A model generated the notes under the pieces. The model made no database searches. It saw nothing but the letters and a program-made list of their open reading frames with translations, and was not told the origin of the DNA. The translations under genes were made by a program, and so were the position numbers. A DNA stretch of 63,993 nt, the filler included, from Octopus bimaculoides (Eukaryota), in assembly GCF_001194135.2 (NCBI RefSeq). It is 6 parts of 6 records of this genome, joined end to end, with 100 filler letters (N's around TTAATTAATTAA, not from the genome) between each part and the next. Parts side by side here need not be neighbours in the genome. Positions count along the whole stretch, not along the records: positions 1 to 17,869 come from NC_068993.1; positions 17,970 to 31,015 come from NC_068986.1; 4 more parts are not named here. One strand, written 5' to 3'. Shown here in pieces: positions 12,060-23,843 of the stretch; position 1 is the stretch's first letter; each line of letters opens with the position of its first letter.

Positions 12060-12500
12060 CAGACACAGCAACAGCAACGTCACCATCAGCAGCAGCAACA
12101 ATAACAGGAACAGCAGCAGCAGCAGCAGCAGCATATCGGGAGCAGCAACTATAAAAGTAATTACAAATGAACACAAATACTATTACCATAACAACCACAA
12201 GTGCAACTATATCAACAGCAGAGACCATGGCTGCCACCGCCGCCGCCACTAACACAACCACCACCAATATTACAACTACAATAGCGATACTAACACTATA
12301 CTGTAACATCGACAACAGCAGCAACAACAACAACAACAACAACCAAAACAGCATTAGCAACAACCACTACAACAACTGTTGCAGCAACATGAAAAACAAT
12401 AAAAACAGCTACACCAATAAATGTCACTAAATACAATAATCATAAATACATCAACAGCGACATCTGTAGCAACAACAACAACAACAATAGCAACAACAAC
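12060..12500. repeat. AAC/AGC/ACC trinucleotide low-complexity tract
   Basis: Runs of agc, aac and acc produce poly-S/N/T ORFs in several frames. Confidence 0.8.
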
Positions 12501-12546
12501 TTGAATGTAGCCTGACTTGGATCAAATATAGATTACACACAGAACT

Positions 12547-13060
12547 AATGTACCCTAATTTTAGCGGCTTAATTATGGCTCGCTAGGAAACAGATATACT
12601 CCGATATTTAGGAGTTAAATATGGAGTACATACTGAACCCCGCGCATTTCGACCTTAAGAAAACAACTATAGATTATATATCCTAAACCAATGTGCCATG
12701 ATTTTAGTGGATTATGTATGTATCACCCAATGGACAGTTGTGTCATGGTTTTCGTAGGTTAATAATGGACCCAGTTACGGACACGTGTACTCTGGTTTAG
12801 ATTACATGGTATGGATTTACATACGAAACGAACAGACTCTTATTTTGATGTGTTAATAATCAATCATACTGACCTTGGTGGATTAACTATGTATTACACA
12901 TTGAACCAACGCATTCTGACCCTGATGGACTAACTGTGGCTCATACATGGATAATGTACCCTGGTTTTGATAGGCTAATCTTGAATCACATACTGCACAA
13001 ATGTTCTCTTAGTTTGGTGTATATTATACAGCATACGACAGTGGATCAAAGTTGCATGAT
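12547..13060. repeat. Degenerate minisatellite, about 46 bp unit, about 11 copies
   Basis: Approximate consensus aatgtaccctgattttgatggattaactatggatcacatactgaacc, e.g. units starting at 12547 and about 12954. Confidence 0.6.
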
Positions 13061-13248
13061 TTGAGCTACTTATCGATTCTTAATGGATATATATATATAT
13101 ATATATGCTGGAAAAAATTATGGATCAAGATGAATGATCCATCGTTTTTCAGTATTCTTCCTGATTCATCTTGAATCAAGAAATATAAATGATACATGTA
13201 ATCTATGATAAGATGTTCAATGAAAGACTAAGTTTGATTGAAAAATCT

Positions 13249-13506
13249 AAAGTTAACAGCTGTAACAAAATCACATTTAAGGCCTACATTTACGATAAAA
13301 TCACATCTAAAATTTACAGATGTGACAGAACTCATCTAAATTAGTTACAGCTGTAGCAGTACTCCAACTAAAAGTCACACCTGTAAGAGAATCATATCTA
13401 ACAATCACAGTGTAACGGAGTCACAGATATTATAATCACATCTCAAGGTAACAATTGTAACACAATTTCAACTTCATTCACAGCTGTAACGCAGTCCCAG
13501 CTGCAG
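13249..13506. repeat. Degenerate minisatellite, about 30 bp unit, about 8 copies
   Basis: Recurrent acagctgtaac...aatcacatctaa. Confidence 0.65.
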
Positions 13507-13677
13507 GTTATAAATATGAAACAGACAAATACTAAGGATGACTAATTCAAAATGGATGCGGTCACAACTATATACAATATAATAATATGCATTGCAGTCA
13601 CATGAGAAAGGAGTCGGTAGAGCCTTCAGATGGAAATACAATCACATACCACTTAAATCGATATATTTTTTCTTTTT

Positions 13678-13718
<41 letters not shown>

Positions 13719-14317
13719 ATAGTGATTTTTTCTTTCAGTATATTTATAACCGAATAAAATTATCTGCACTCGACAATCCGCAGGAGATGGGAAAACTCAC
13801 TCCGCAACATCTACAGCTTTTATTTAATGACCAGTCTTTCTTCAGCTTAAACACAAATCTTATAACTTAATCTAACGCTGTGTGAAGAGTGAAGGATGAA
13901 AAATGAAGAAAAATTTTGCATGATTAAGACTTTATTCGAATTTTTCTGGCAAGTTTCATGAAGAAATTTGAATGAATTAAGAATAATTCATTTTCATTGG
14001 CCTTATGTAACCAACTGACAGTCTCCAAGGTATAAGCACACTACTACATCAAGTTGGGCAGTCTCATTCGAATAAATATATGTAAATAGGACATTTGATC
14101 AAATACATTCTTGTCAATGAAATTGTTCGAGACTAACCGCTTTTCTTTAATCAGGGTGAAATAATAAGGAAAAGAACCTTGATATCGCTGCATAATATCC
14201 CTCAAGAAACGTCATAGATCTTTGAAACGAGGATAGTCTCCCTAAGTTGTAAATCTTGGGATATCATGCCCGGTGTAAGGAGCCGAGGTATGGAACACCG
14301 ATGGAATGATGAAGACT

Positions 14318-14750
14318 AATATGCCCCATATCTAAGTAATGTGTCTACATCTGATTGAAATGTCCCATATCTGATGCATGCGCCCCATACTGACTGATGT
14401 GTCCTGTCTATTAACAGACTGTTGTATTCAATAACTGATCGATGTCACCCATAGCTGACTCATATGTCTCATATCTGATTTATGTGCCTCATATCTGATT
14501 GACCCTCCATTAACTGTCTGATGTGTCTCATAACTGACTTACGTGCCTCGCATTTGACTGATGTTTCCAACAACTGATTGATGTGTGCCATTTCTGACTA
14601 ACGTGTATCATGTTTGACTGATAATACTCAAACCTTGTCAATGTGTCTCATATCTTACTGATGTACCTCATATATTCACATGTTCCATATATAATCCATG
14701 TGTCCAATATGTTACTGACATGTCTGATATTTCATTAATGACTCCAATAT
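14318..14750. repeat. Degenerate minisatellite, 20 bp unit, about 20 copies
   Basis: Approximate consensus atgtgtctcatatctgactg; exact 20 bp phasing is visible from 14521 to 14670. Confidence 0.85.
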
Positions 14751-15404
14751 TTGGCTCGTTATTCTCTCCAAATATGTGAACGACTTCGTAAATATGAACT
14801 AATCTTGATCATACCTGCTATAAATTCTTTATTGTTAAGATGAGTCAAATCTCGGTTATGGCTGGCAAAATGCTTTGGTCTTTCGACTTGAAACCCCAAT
14901 TTTTTTCAGTCGTAAGCATTTTAATAAAATCCTGTCTAAGAGCCTGATACTGGCATAATTGTTACAAAGCATGAAGAAAGTTTAAATAATATATGGTGTG
15001 AAAGTCAAACTGGTGGAAAAGTTGAAATAAAATTGAGGTAATAAATATAATCGAAAAGTCGGGTTGTAAAGATGGATTAAAGTTGAATAAACAACAGTTT
15101 AGTGTAAATTTCATGCCTTGTGCCTATTGTAGAAAAGATATATGGTAGAAATTTCGATAAGAATTGGTAGTAATGTAATAACACGGATCTAAATATCTTT
15201 TATCTTTTACCTTCTTTTACTCGTTTCAGTCACAGGACTGCGTCCATGCTGGGGCAACGCTTTGAAGAAATTTAGTCGAACAAATTGGGTCCCAATGCTT
15301 GCGTTTCTTTAGAGCCTGGTACTTATACCATCGGTTTTCTTCCTCGAAACTGCTAAGTTACGGGGATATAAACAAACCATACCGGTTGCCACAAAAATAC
15401 GCTG

Positions 15405-15495
15405 TTGATGTGGAAATTCCAATGAAAGAGCCTTGGATCTTGGATCGGTTCTTTCTCTATTGGCAAGAAATCTTGAAATAAACGGAATAATGACA
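15405..15495 (+). mobile_element. Short retroelement 3' tail ending in (CATA)n
   Basis: ggaaattccaatgaaagagccttgg...ttggcaagaaatcttgaaataaacggaataatgac(atac)n. A reverse-complement copy lies at about 2779-2850, also next to (TATG)n. Confidence 0.65.
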
Positions 15496-16334
15496 TACAT
15501 ACATACATACATACATGCATACATACATGCATGCATACATACATACATACATACACACATACATGCATGCATACATACATGCATACATACATACTCCCGT
15601 GTACTCTTGGAGTAGATATGGTTCGCGAAACACACTTAAATCTAGATGTTTTGTACTTCTTTATTCTGGAGAATATAGTTGAGAGTCTAGAAGAACTGAG
15701 TCTGAAGAAGCTAGCAGAATATAGCCGGGGGTTTAACTGGAAGTTTTGGTTGCAACACAACGACGACGACGACGACGACGACTCTGCTATCAAAATCCGA
15801 CATTGGAAACTAATAATTTTATTTTATTGAAATTATGCAAATATATCTAACGTTACTAAAAAAATATTTCTAGTTAAACATCTCTCTCCAAACAATCCAT
15901 CTTACACACTCCACCGCTTTCCGACCCTTTTCACTTTAACCCCTCCTTCACAAACATCTTTCGTTTCACTCTTCATAAGCAGTTCCCGTTATACTCACAC
16001 CAAGTATTTCACGTTGCACCTGTCATCAACCATTATCTTTTCTTGTAATGGCTTCAGCTGAAGCCATGCTGGAGCACCGCCTTTCAGTACGATTGGGTTT
16101 CTTTTCTGTATTGCTGCATTGAGGAAATGAGCCCTGCGAGGCGGATTGGCTGCTGTAACGAGTGTCGCTGGCCATTCTCCTCGGCAACGCAACTGTGGGA
16201 ATATAAGCAGGGCGCAGATGAACACGCTGTTTGTTCTGGCGTGTACTCCTTCTATCCCCATCTTCTGCTGCTTAATCCTACCTACCCCCTTTTCTTTTTC
16301 TTTGTTTCCTTATAACTAAATTGTAATTCAGTCT

Positions 16335-16525
16335 TTATGTAAATAAAACATTGTTTTCTGTATTGTTTCTGGTGAAATAGGAAGTTGAACGGAGCTGTTC
16401 TTCTTTGTGGGTTCATCTGATATCTCAGATAAAAATTTGTCCAGCTCCTCTTTGAAGATCCCCACGTCTGCACCTCACAAATCTCTGAAGTTCTTTGGCA
16501 GAATGTAAAATAGTTGAATTATTAT
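16335..16525 (-). mobile_element. CR1-like LINE 3' end fragment
   Basis: Minus strand QLFYILPKNFRDL*GADVGIFKEELDKFLSEISDEP shows the same terminal motif. Confidence 0.7.
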
Positions 16526-17119
16526 ATATTAAGATTATTGGTTGCCGATTTATTACGGGATTACACGCTGAATTAATTTTAGACGACACTCTGTACCGAT
16601 TCACATTGGCGTCGGCAGTTAACTATATCTGAAACATAAGAAAGCAATTTAAGGAATTAATTAGTAAGCTATATTAATTAATTGATACGTTGAAGAATTT
16701 TTAATCAAACGAATCGACCCCAGACCATTTTTCTTAAAGCCTGGCACTTATTCTATCTTTTTTCTTAATGTCAAAGCGTTAAGTTATGAGAACGTAAACA
16801 AACCAACACCGGTTGTCAAGTCGTGCTGGTTACACACACACACACACAAACGTACATAAATGCATGTGTACACACACGTACACACACAAACGTACATACA
16901 TGCATGTGCACACACACACACACACACACACGTACATACATGCATGTGCACACACACACACACACACGTTATACTCACACTAATTTTCCAGCATTAAACT
17001 GCATGTTTTTGTCCTCAGCCCACCTGTATACTGCATCCAACTCCTATTTCAGGTGCACAATATTTCCAGCGTTCTGTATCCTCCGAGAGGATGTATGTAT
17101 GTATGTATGTATGTATGAT

Positions 17120-17176
<57 letters not shown>

Positions 17177-17429
17177 GCGCTTGATAAAGGCATGAACGTC
17201 ATTGAATCACATTCTTCTGATTTATATATTCGGTAAATAACTAATGTAAGAAGAGGTATAACAAACAAACTTTCTCGGAATATTCGAGTAAACGTGGAAA
17301 TAATCCAAATGACGTTTTCACACCATTGTTATTAGTCAGGTTAAGCAAGTCCAAACAAGACAGAACTGGTTTTAAACCGGTTTGAGTTGTGAACGGAAGC
17401 TTATGAAAGAAATGGTTTATAGCCTTCAA

Positions 17430-17585
17430 CGAAAGATATATATCTAATATGACATGGTAATATAATAAATTAAAAATGTATCTTTATCTACATTCATATT
17501 TTTATATATATTTATATTTATATTTCGTATATCTTAAATTTTAAATTTATTATATTACTATGTCATATTTGATATATATCTTTCG
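17430..17585. repeat. AT-rich inverted repeat (about 49 bp arms)
   Basis: cgaaagatatatatctaatatgacatggtaatataataaatt (17430-) pairs with aatttattatattactatgtcatatttgatatatatctttcg (-17585), with only a few mismatches. Confidence 0.85.
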
Positions 17586-17869
17586 AAATTTAAATATTAA
17601 ATATTGATTTCCCGCGAATATTATTGATAATTTTATGAATTTATTAATAATATAAAAACACACATATATATATATATTTATTTGCTCAAAATAATAGAGC
17701 ACTTAATATAAGTTGAGTTACATATTCTTTTAGAATATTCCTTATAAAAGGTATATATATATATAACGTTAAAGGCTTTTTCACTTCCCGTTTGTTGTTT
17801 CATCTGTTTGTTGTCTACACCGTCTTTTGTTTTCTTGTGAATTCTCCCCCTTTATATATATATATATAT

Positions 17870-17969
17870 NNNNNNNNNNNNNNNNNNNNNNNNNNNNNNN
17901 NNNNNNNNNNNNNTTAATTAATTAANNNNNNNNNNNNNNNNNNNNNNNNNNNNNNNNNNNNNNNNNNNN
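17870..17969. other. Artificial 100 bp scaffold join: N44-TTAATTAATTAA-N44
   Basis: The identical structure occurs at 17870-17969, 31016-31115, 52272-52371, 54638-54737 and 60745-60844. Confidence 0.95.
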
Positions 17970-18674
17970 TATATATATGTATACATATATATATATACAT
18001 ATATATATAGTGAGGGAGAGACACGCACACGCCATTATTTACATATGATGTCTTCTATCATCACTTCTCTTGTTCAGTTTCTCACTCTCTCGTTTCTTTC
18101 TGTTCTTGTGTCTCCCTTCCCCTCTCTCTTACACTTTCTCTCTCTCTCTCTCTCTGTTCGACATGTCTCCCTTTCATCTTCGCCTCTACTTTTCTTTTAA
18201 AACAAACACCACCAATATATATATATATATCATGTCCTACATACCTACCAAACTCTATTTCAGAATCTGTTTGATCAAATCGTTTGTCCAACTTAATGAT
18301 GTTTGAAGTTGTGATAATACTGTTTATTATACCCACAGTTCCAATCTTAAATAAAACCACACTTTTAGTGTCAAGAATTTGCAAGAAAAGGATTGCTACC
18401 CCACCCCCTTCGTACTTGCCCTGCCTTCTTATCGTTTTGTTTTGTATGTTTTTGCCTTTCAGTTCTTTCATTTCTGTATTGAATTTAAAAAGCTTATTAC
18501 CAACGAAATGTGCGGCTTAGTCTATTTTTGTTGCTTAAAACATCACCTCACAAAATGCATGAACAAAATCAAATTTAAAATAAAACAAAAAAAGCATACA
18601 AGAAACGCCCAGGGGACGGTCATAGTTTATACTATTAGACTGAAGCTCAACGAAGAAAAGAAGTTACAGTGTAA

Positions 18675-18713
18675 AAGTATAACGTTTCGGATATAGTCCT
18701 TCGTCGGATGCTT
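18675..18713 (-). ncRNA. Degenerate hammerhead ribozyme motif
   Basis: Minus strand: AAGCAU-CCGACGA-A-GGA-CUAUA-UCC-GAAA-CG-UU-AUACUU. The core has U4>C and stem I has one mismatch. Confidence 0.55.
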
Positions 18714-18852
18714 GAAGGAAGTCCAAGGAGAAACAATAAATAGAAAGGAGAGATGAGTGAGAAGAGAGCCATGATAAAAAGGCACGGCGGTTACATTCAT
18801 ATAACCACTCTCTGACTAACTGGAAGTATAGAATATAATTATGGTTCTATAC

Positions 18853-19100
18853 GGGCATATGGCATAGTGCTTAAGAGGGCGGGCTACTCACCCCAAGATT
18901 CCGAGTTCGATTCCAAGCAGTGACCTGAATAATGATAATAATAATAATAATAATAATAGCATCGAAAACTACCTTAGGAATGAGAACCCAGGTTCGAAAT
19001 TTCCCCAAAACACCTGATGAAGGCTGGGAGGGTATTAACCGAAACGTTGTGTTAACAACAAACAAGATGAGGATAAATATCCGTCAAATGTAAATAATGA
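18853..19100 (+). mobile_element. tRNA-derived SINE-like element with internal (AAT)n and a hammerhead motif
   Basis: A-box-like TGGCATAGTGC (18860-18870), anticodon-arm-like GGG-CTACTCA-CCC, B-box AGTTCGATTCC (18904-18914), (AAT)n at about 18928-18958, hammerhead at 19009-19053. The 3' boundary is approximate. Confidence 0.7.
19009..19053 (+). ncRNA. Minimal type-I hammerhead ribozyme motif inside a tRNA-headed element
   Basis: AACAC-CUGAUGA-A-GGCUG-GGAGGGUAU-UAACC-GAAA-CG-UU-GUGUU. Stem I AACAC/GUGUU is perfect, stem II GGCUG/UAACC has one mismatch, stem III is the palindrome ACGU. Predicted cleavage after 19048. Confidence 0.75.
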
Positions 19101-20960
19101 ATATAATTTTGTATTTTTTTTTAATGGAGGGAGACTTTCCTGTTGCGGTGCATAAGGGTACGTGTTGTTTTTCTAGTTGTTAATGCTGTTTCTAGCCTTA
19201 CAGTGAGTAGATAGAAAAAGATATGGTAATTTGCAAATGGAATGCGCTTCTATCACTAGCTGGTGATTAACACACGCTGAGGACGGGTAACCACCCAGAA
19301 ACTCGAGACCGTGTGTATCACGTAAGGCTAAAGATGGGATCGATTACCTCCCCTCGCAAACACTAATCGAACACAGGATGTGTGACTTTAACCAGCTGGA
19401 GGAGATGTTTTCCTGGGGATATAAACATCAGTAGCTCTGTTCTATACAGGACGCCACACTTAGTTGGCAAATAATTGTTACGGTATATATATATAAATAT
19501 ATATATGCATATATATATNNNNNNNNNNNNNNNNNNNNNNNNNNNNNNNNNNNNNNNNNNNNNNNNNNNNNNNNNNNNNNNNNNNNNNNNNNNNNNNNNN
19601 NNNNNNNNNNNNNNNNNNTTAACTGTAAATCGTTTCAAATCGTTATATACTTTTAGAATTTTGAAAGATGACTCCATAGATTAGTAGCAAAATACATTTG
19701 GCACTTCGGGAAAATAACAGTATTTAGAAACTTTTAAAATGATGTACAATATATTACAGTATACCGAATCTCATACATTACAACTAAGGTAACAGTGCTT
19801 GTAATTTTTGCAATTCTGAGAAACTGAATATATTGCTTTGTGAGGGAGAGGTGTTACCGCAAATACAAAACCTAGCATGATGTATTTTACAAGAAATGTG
19901 ATCCTCATGGATGCTAAAATCTGGGTGCATTTAAGAGAATTACTTTTTCGAAACCTTAGCCTCAGTCATATCTGTTTGAATAAAATCTTAGCAGTATTAA
20001 AAAATTGAATCATTATCAGCTGAATTGTTGATAGAATGTTGTACACTTAATATTATAAGCTATTCCTGTATTCGGCTGTCATAACTAGAAGAGAGCTCTC
20101 TTTGTCAAGCTTGCCTTGTGTGTTGAATACATCTTAGCAGCGGTCCTGCTGATTACTCGTTCTGAGCCAACATCTTTTTATCATTATAAATCGAATTGTT
20201 GTGGAGATATTTCAAAATGCCTAACGGCTGAACGCCTTATGGCCCTGTATGACTCAGTTAAACACTTGTAGCCACTCAAAGGATTTCCAATATATTGCTA
20301 ATGGAAGTGTTATAAGTGAAGGAATTCATTGACGTGCGTTGGTTTTATCGTTATCTCTTTTAATGTTCCACAGTTATTATCTTCAATAATATTATATGAT
20401 CAACTCCTCAGGGTAGTTTTATAGGATAGCGAGCTTCGAGGTCATTGTATATACAACCAAGTTAGGAAACACTGCTATAGATTGTTTATCTCTGCATATA
20501 TGTATATCTTGGGTTGTCTGATACCGAAGATATCCGTTTAATAATAATAATAACATATAATAGAAATATATAAGTCAGGTACATTTATGATTTTGATAAC
20601 CTTATAATTTTCATTTCCGTGTGGTTTTATTAATCTTAGAATTTATGTAGCTTTGTAATTTAAATGCTGGTTAAAACTTAGCCACCAGTTTCTCTTTCTT
20701 TTGCAGGGACAATGTTTCTTATTGATTTCTTGCAGCAGTAAAAAGCCATGCATTGGTGGCGGGGAACACAGTCCATATATCGTCCCCGTATTTGACTGGT
20801 ATTTATCTTACTGACCCCGGAATGATAGCATGCAAAATTCACTGCAAAGAGATTTGAACTTAAAATAGCCTATAACTGAATACGACAATATATTTTACCC
20901 GACGCTCTCCTGTTAATTCAAGTATTGCCTTTTTATTATTAAAGGCAGAATTACTGTGGA

Positions 20961-21340
20961 GGCGCAATGGCCCAGTGGTTAGGGCAGCGGACTCGCGGTC
21001 GTAGGATTGCAGTTTCGATTCCCAGACCGGGCGTTGAGATTGTTTATTGAGCGAAAACAACTAAAGTTCCACAAGGTTTCGACAGGGGATAGTGGTGAAC
21101 CCTGCTGTACTCTTTCACCACAACTTTTTCTCACTCTTACTTCCTGTTTCTGTTGTACCTGCATTTCAAAGGGCCAGTCTTGTCACACTGTGTCACGCTG
21201 AATATCCCCGAGAACTACGTTAAGGGTACACGTGTCTGTGGAGTGCTCAGCCACTTGCATGTTAATTTCACAAGCAGGTTGTTCCGTTGATCGGATCAAC
21301 TGGAACCCTCTGGTCGTAACCGACGGAGTGCTAACAACAA
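20961..21340 (+). mobile_element. Full-length tRNA-derived SINE (family A)
   Basis: A box TGGCCCAGTGG (20968-20978), B box GTTTCGATTCC (21012-21022), (AAC)n end. The head recurs at about 25373-25480 and the body in reverse at 8570-8874. Confidence 0.85.
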
Positions 21341-23799
21341 CGTAACCGACGGAGTGCAGAATTACTTTGAAAATATAGGAGATTGTAAGAGATTGAAAAC
21401 ATTGAAGAAAGAAGCAATAAGGTTATCAAGGAAAAATAAGACCTTTAGTTTAAAAGTTTCTAGTTTTCATTTACAGGACACTGCAAAGTAATGTTAAATT
21501 ATTAAAGTTCCAGTGAATGATCAAATCTTGACGCTAGGAGTTTTCATATTGATAAACTGAACTTGCACTCATAGTTAAAATTTCCCACAATATTTATCCG
21601 AGGGGAAACTGTTTACTGACAGAATCATTACCTTGTCGAATATTATTGCTTGCTGTAATAATCTCATTTGTTTACATTTTAAGGCAGCGAGCTGGCAGAA
21701 TTGTTTGCACGCCGGGCAAAATCTTAACGACATTTTGTCCATCTTGACGTTTTGAGTTTAAATTCCGATGAGGTCGACTTTGCCTTTCATCCTTTCAAAG
21801 TCGATAAAATAAGTACGAGTTGAGTACTGAGGTTGATGAAATCAATTTATCTCCACCCCCGAAATTGCTGGCGTAGTGTAACAAACAGAAACCAATATTT
21901 ACTCGAAGATGTCAAAACCATTATAATTTCCTTCAAAAACATTTTTTTAAAAAATACTTGAAGAACTAATTGTTTAATGATCTTCCTTTGCTGTTTTTGA
22001 TCTAACTTGTGTTATCATTGTAAACGCTGTTGTCAAGGTATTGAGCTAACCGAATCATTTGCGTTGGAAAAATAATATATTGGTATTTGTTCAGGATATT
22101 TACGTTCTGCGTTCAAATTGCACCGAGTTCATCTTTATCATTCATCCATCTGCGATCGATGAAATGAAGTATTGAGATTGATATTATTGATTAAACTCCT
22201 TCCTTCAAATTTGCTGGCTAATTTGTTCCTAAATTATAAACCATTATTCTAAGTGTTGTTGTGTTGATAGAGAGATGACAGATAATGAATCTATTAGCTC
22301 CCTAATATAACAACAGCGCCGAAAAATGCCTTGAAACATTTGTACGGGCTTTTCACATGTTGAATTCAAATCCTCCTGAGATCAACTTTGCCTTTAATTT
22401 CTATGGTTGTCAATGAAATAAAGAATCATTCAAGTACTCGAGTCGATGATATTATCTAACCCCCACCTGTCAAAATTGCCAGCTTTGAGCCTGAATCAGA
22501 AGCATTTATGTTAAATGTCACTATTGTTTTGCGCCTTTGCTCCTGTTCAGACTTGATCGAATGGACTTATGATATGATCAGCTACATTCTTGCTATTGTT
22601 ATTCTTACTTTATGTGTACAATCAGTCATTATTACCGAGTGAGTATGGCTTGGTGGTATGTACCATGGCTTCGTTAATTGTTGTAGGCAACTATGTCCTC
22701 ACGTGCAGACACATATAGGCTCAAAGTTGACCCAGCTGAACGTCCAGGATATGGCAGCTTGAGGGAGAGAGGCCTGCAGCTGCATCCAATCATTTACAGC
22801 TAAGCAACGTAACAAAATGTGACATTCTTGAGGACACAATACCTTACCTCCTACTGGAAATAAACACAGAAATTTATGACCATACGTAGAACACTCCAAC
22901 TACTAGGTTACATACCGCCAAAAAGGAGTTATTTAATGTGTATTCACTTTTAAAGAAAAAGCAGTGGAACAGAATCTGAGGAACATTTGGCTGCTATTTC
23001 CAGTAGATCCAGCAACCATATAGAGACCCCCTTGTGTTGTTTATGGTGGTGGTGATGGTGCTGCTGTTACTAATGCTGCTGCTGCTGGTTATTCCTGTTG
23101 TTGTCGTTGTTTCGTTACAGACCATCCCTGATCGATCCCGCAGCTATGATCATTCCACCTTATTTTCGAAAACAACATTATCTAATGTGTACTTTTCTAT
23201 TTTTGGAGTGTAATGTGTGATTTGAGAGAGATTTCGTTACTATTTCTGAAAGGTTATGGACTCACAGAAGGGCTTCCTTGGCAGTTGATTCTTGGTATTG
23301 TTTTTACTGTTACTGGCTTCTGTTGGTTTTCTTCTTTCTTTCTTTTTTTTTTTTTTTGTCTTTTTTCCAGTTAATGATATTTTAAACTGATGACCTTACT
23401 GTTGTATTTTGAGTCATTTTATGCTGTTTTTAATATTATGTTGTGTTTTTCATTACTGCTTCAAGGCTTAATTTAGTATGCATAGTTGTTGATGCTGTTC
23501 TTACGTTAGCTGCTGTTCTTGCTGCTAGTGCCGCTGCTGCTGCTGATGATGATGATGGTGATGATGATGACATTTTTGTAGCAGTTTTTTCCTGTTGTTG
23601 TTGTTGTTAGTCTCAACTATTTTTATTCTAAAATATTATACTCTAAATCTTCCCATTTCCTAATTACAATTAATGTTAATGTTAAATGCTTGACGGTGTT
23701 GGGAGTAAAACGCAGTCGATAAGGAAAGGGTAGGGACGAGTTTGAAACGTAGGTGGCTGAAATTAAGTTATGCCGAAAGGTGGTGAAGCCGTCTGCGTA

Positions 23800-23843
<44 letters not shown>

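Noticed and set aside
14318-14750. Regularly spaced repeats as a CRISPR array
   Set aside because: Units are contiguous with no unique spacers, the context is eukaryotic, and there are no cas genes.
20961-21035. tRNA gene calls for the tRNA-like heads (also 8800-8874, 18853-18925, 25373-25440, 60423-60495)
   Set aside because: The cloverleaf stems are imperfect and each head continues into a shared SINE body.
22700-22900. Possible CR1-like 3' end on the + strand (SLRERGLQL)
   Set aside because: Only one short motif; the FK..LD..PDEP terminus is absent.
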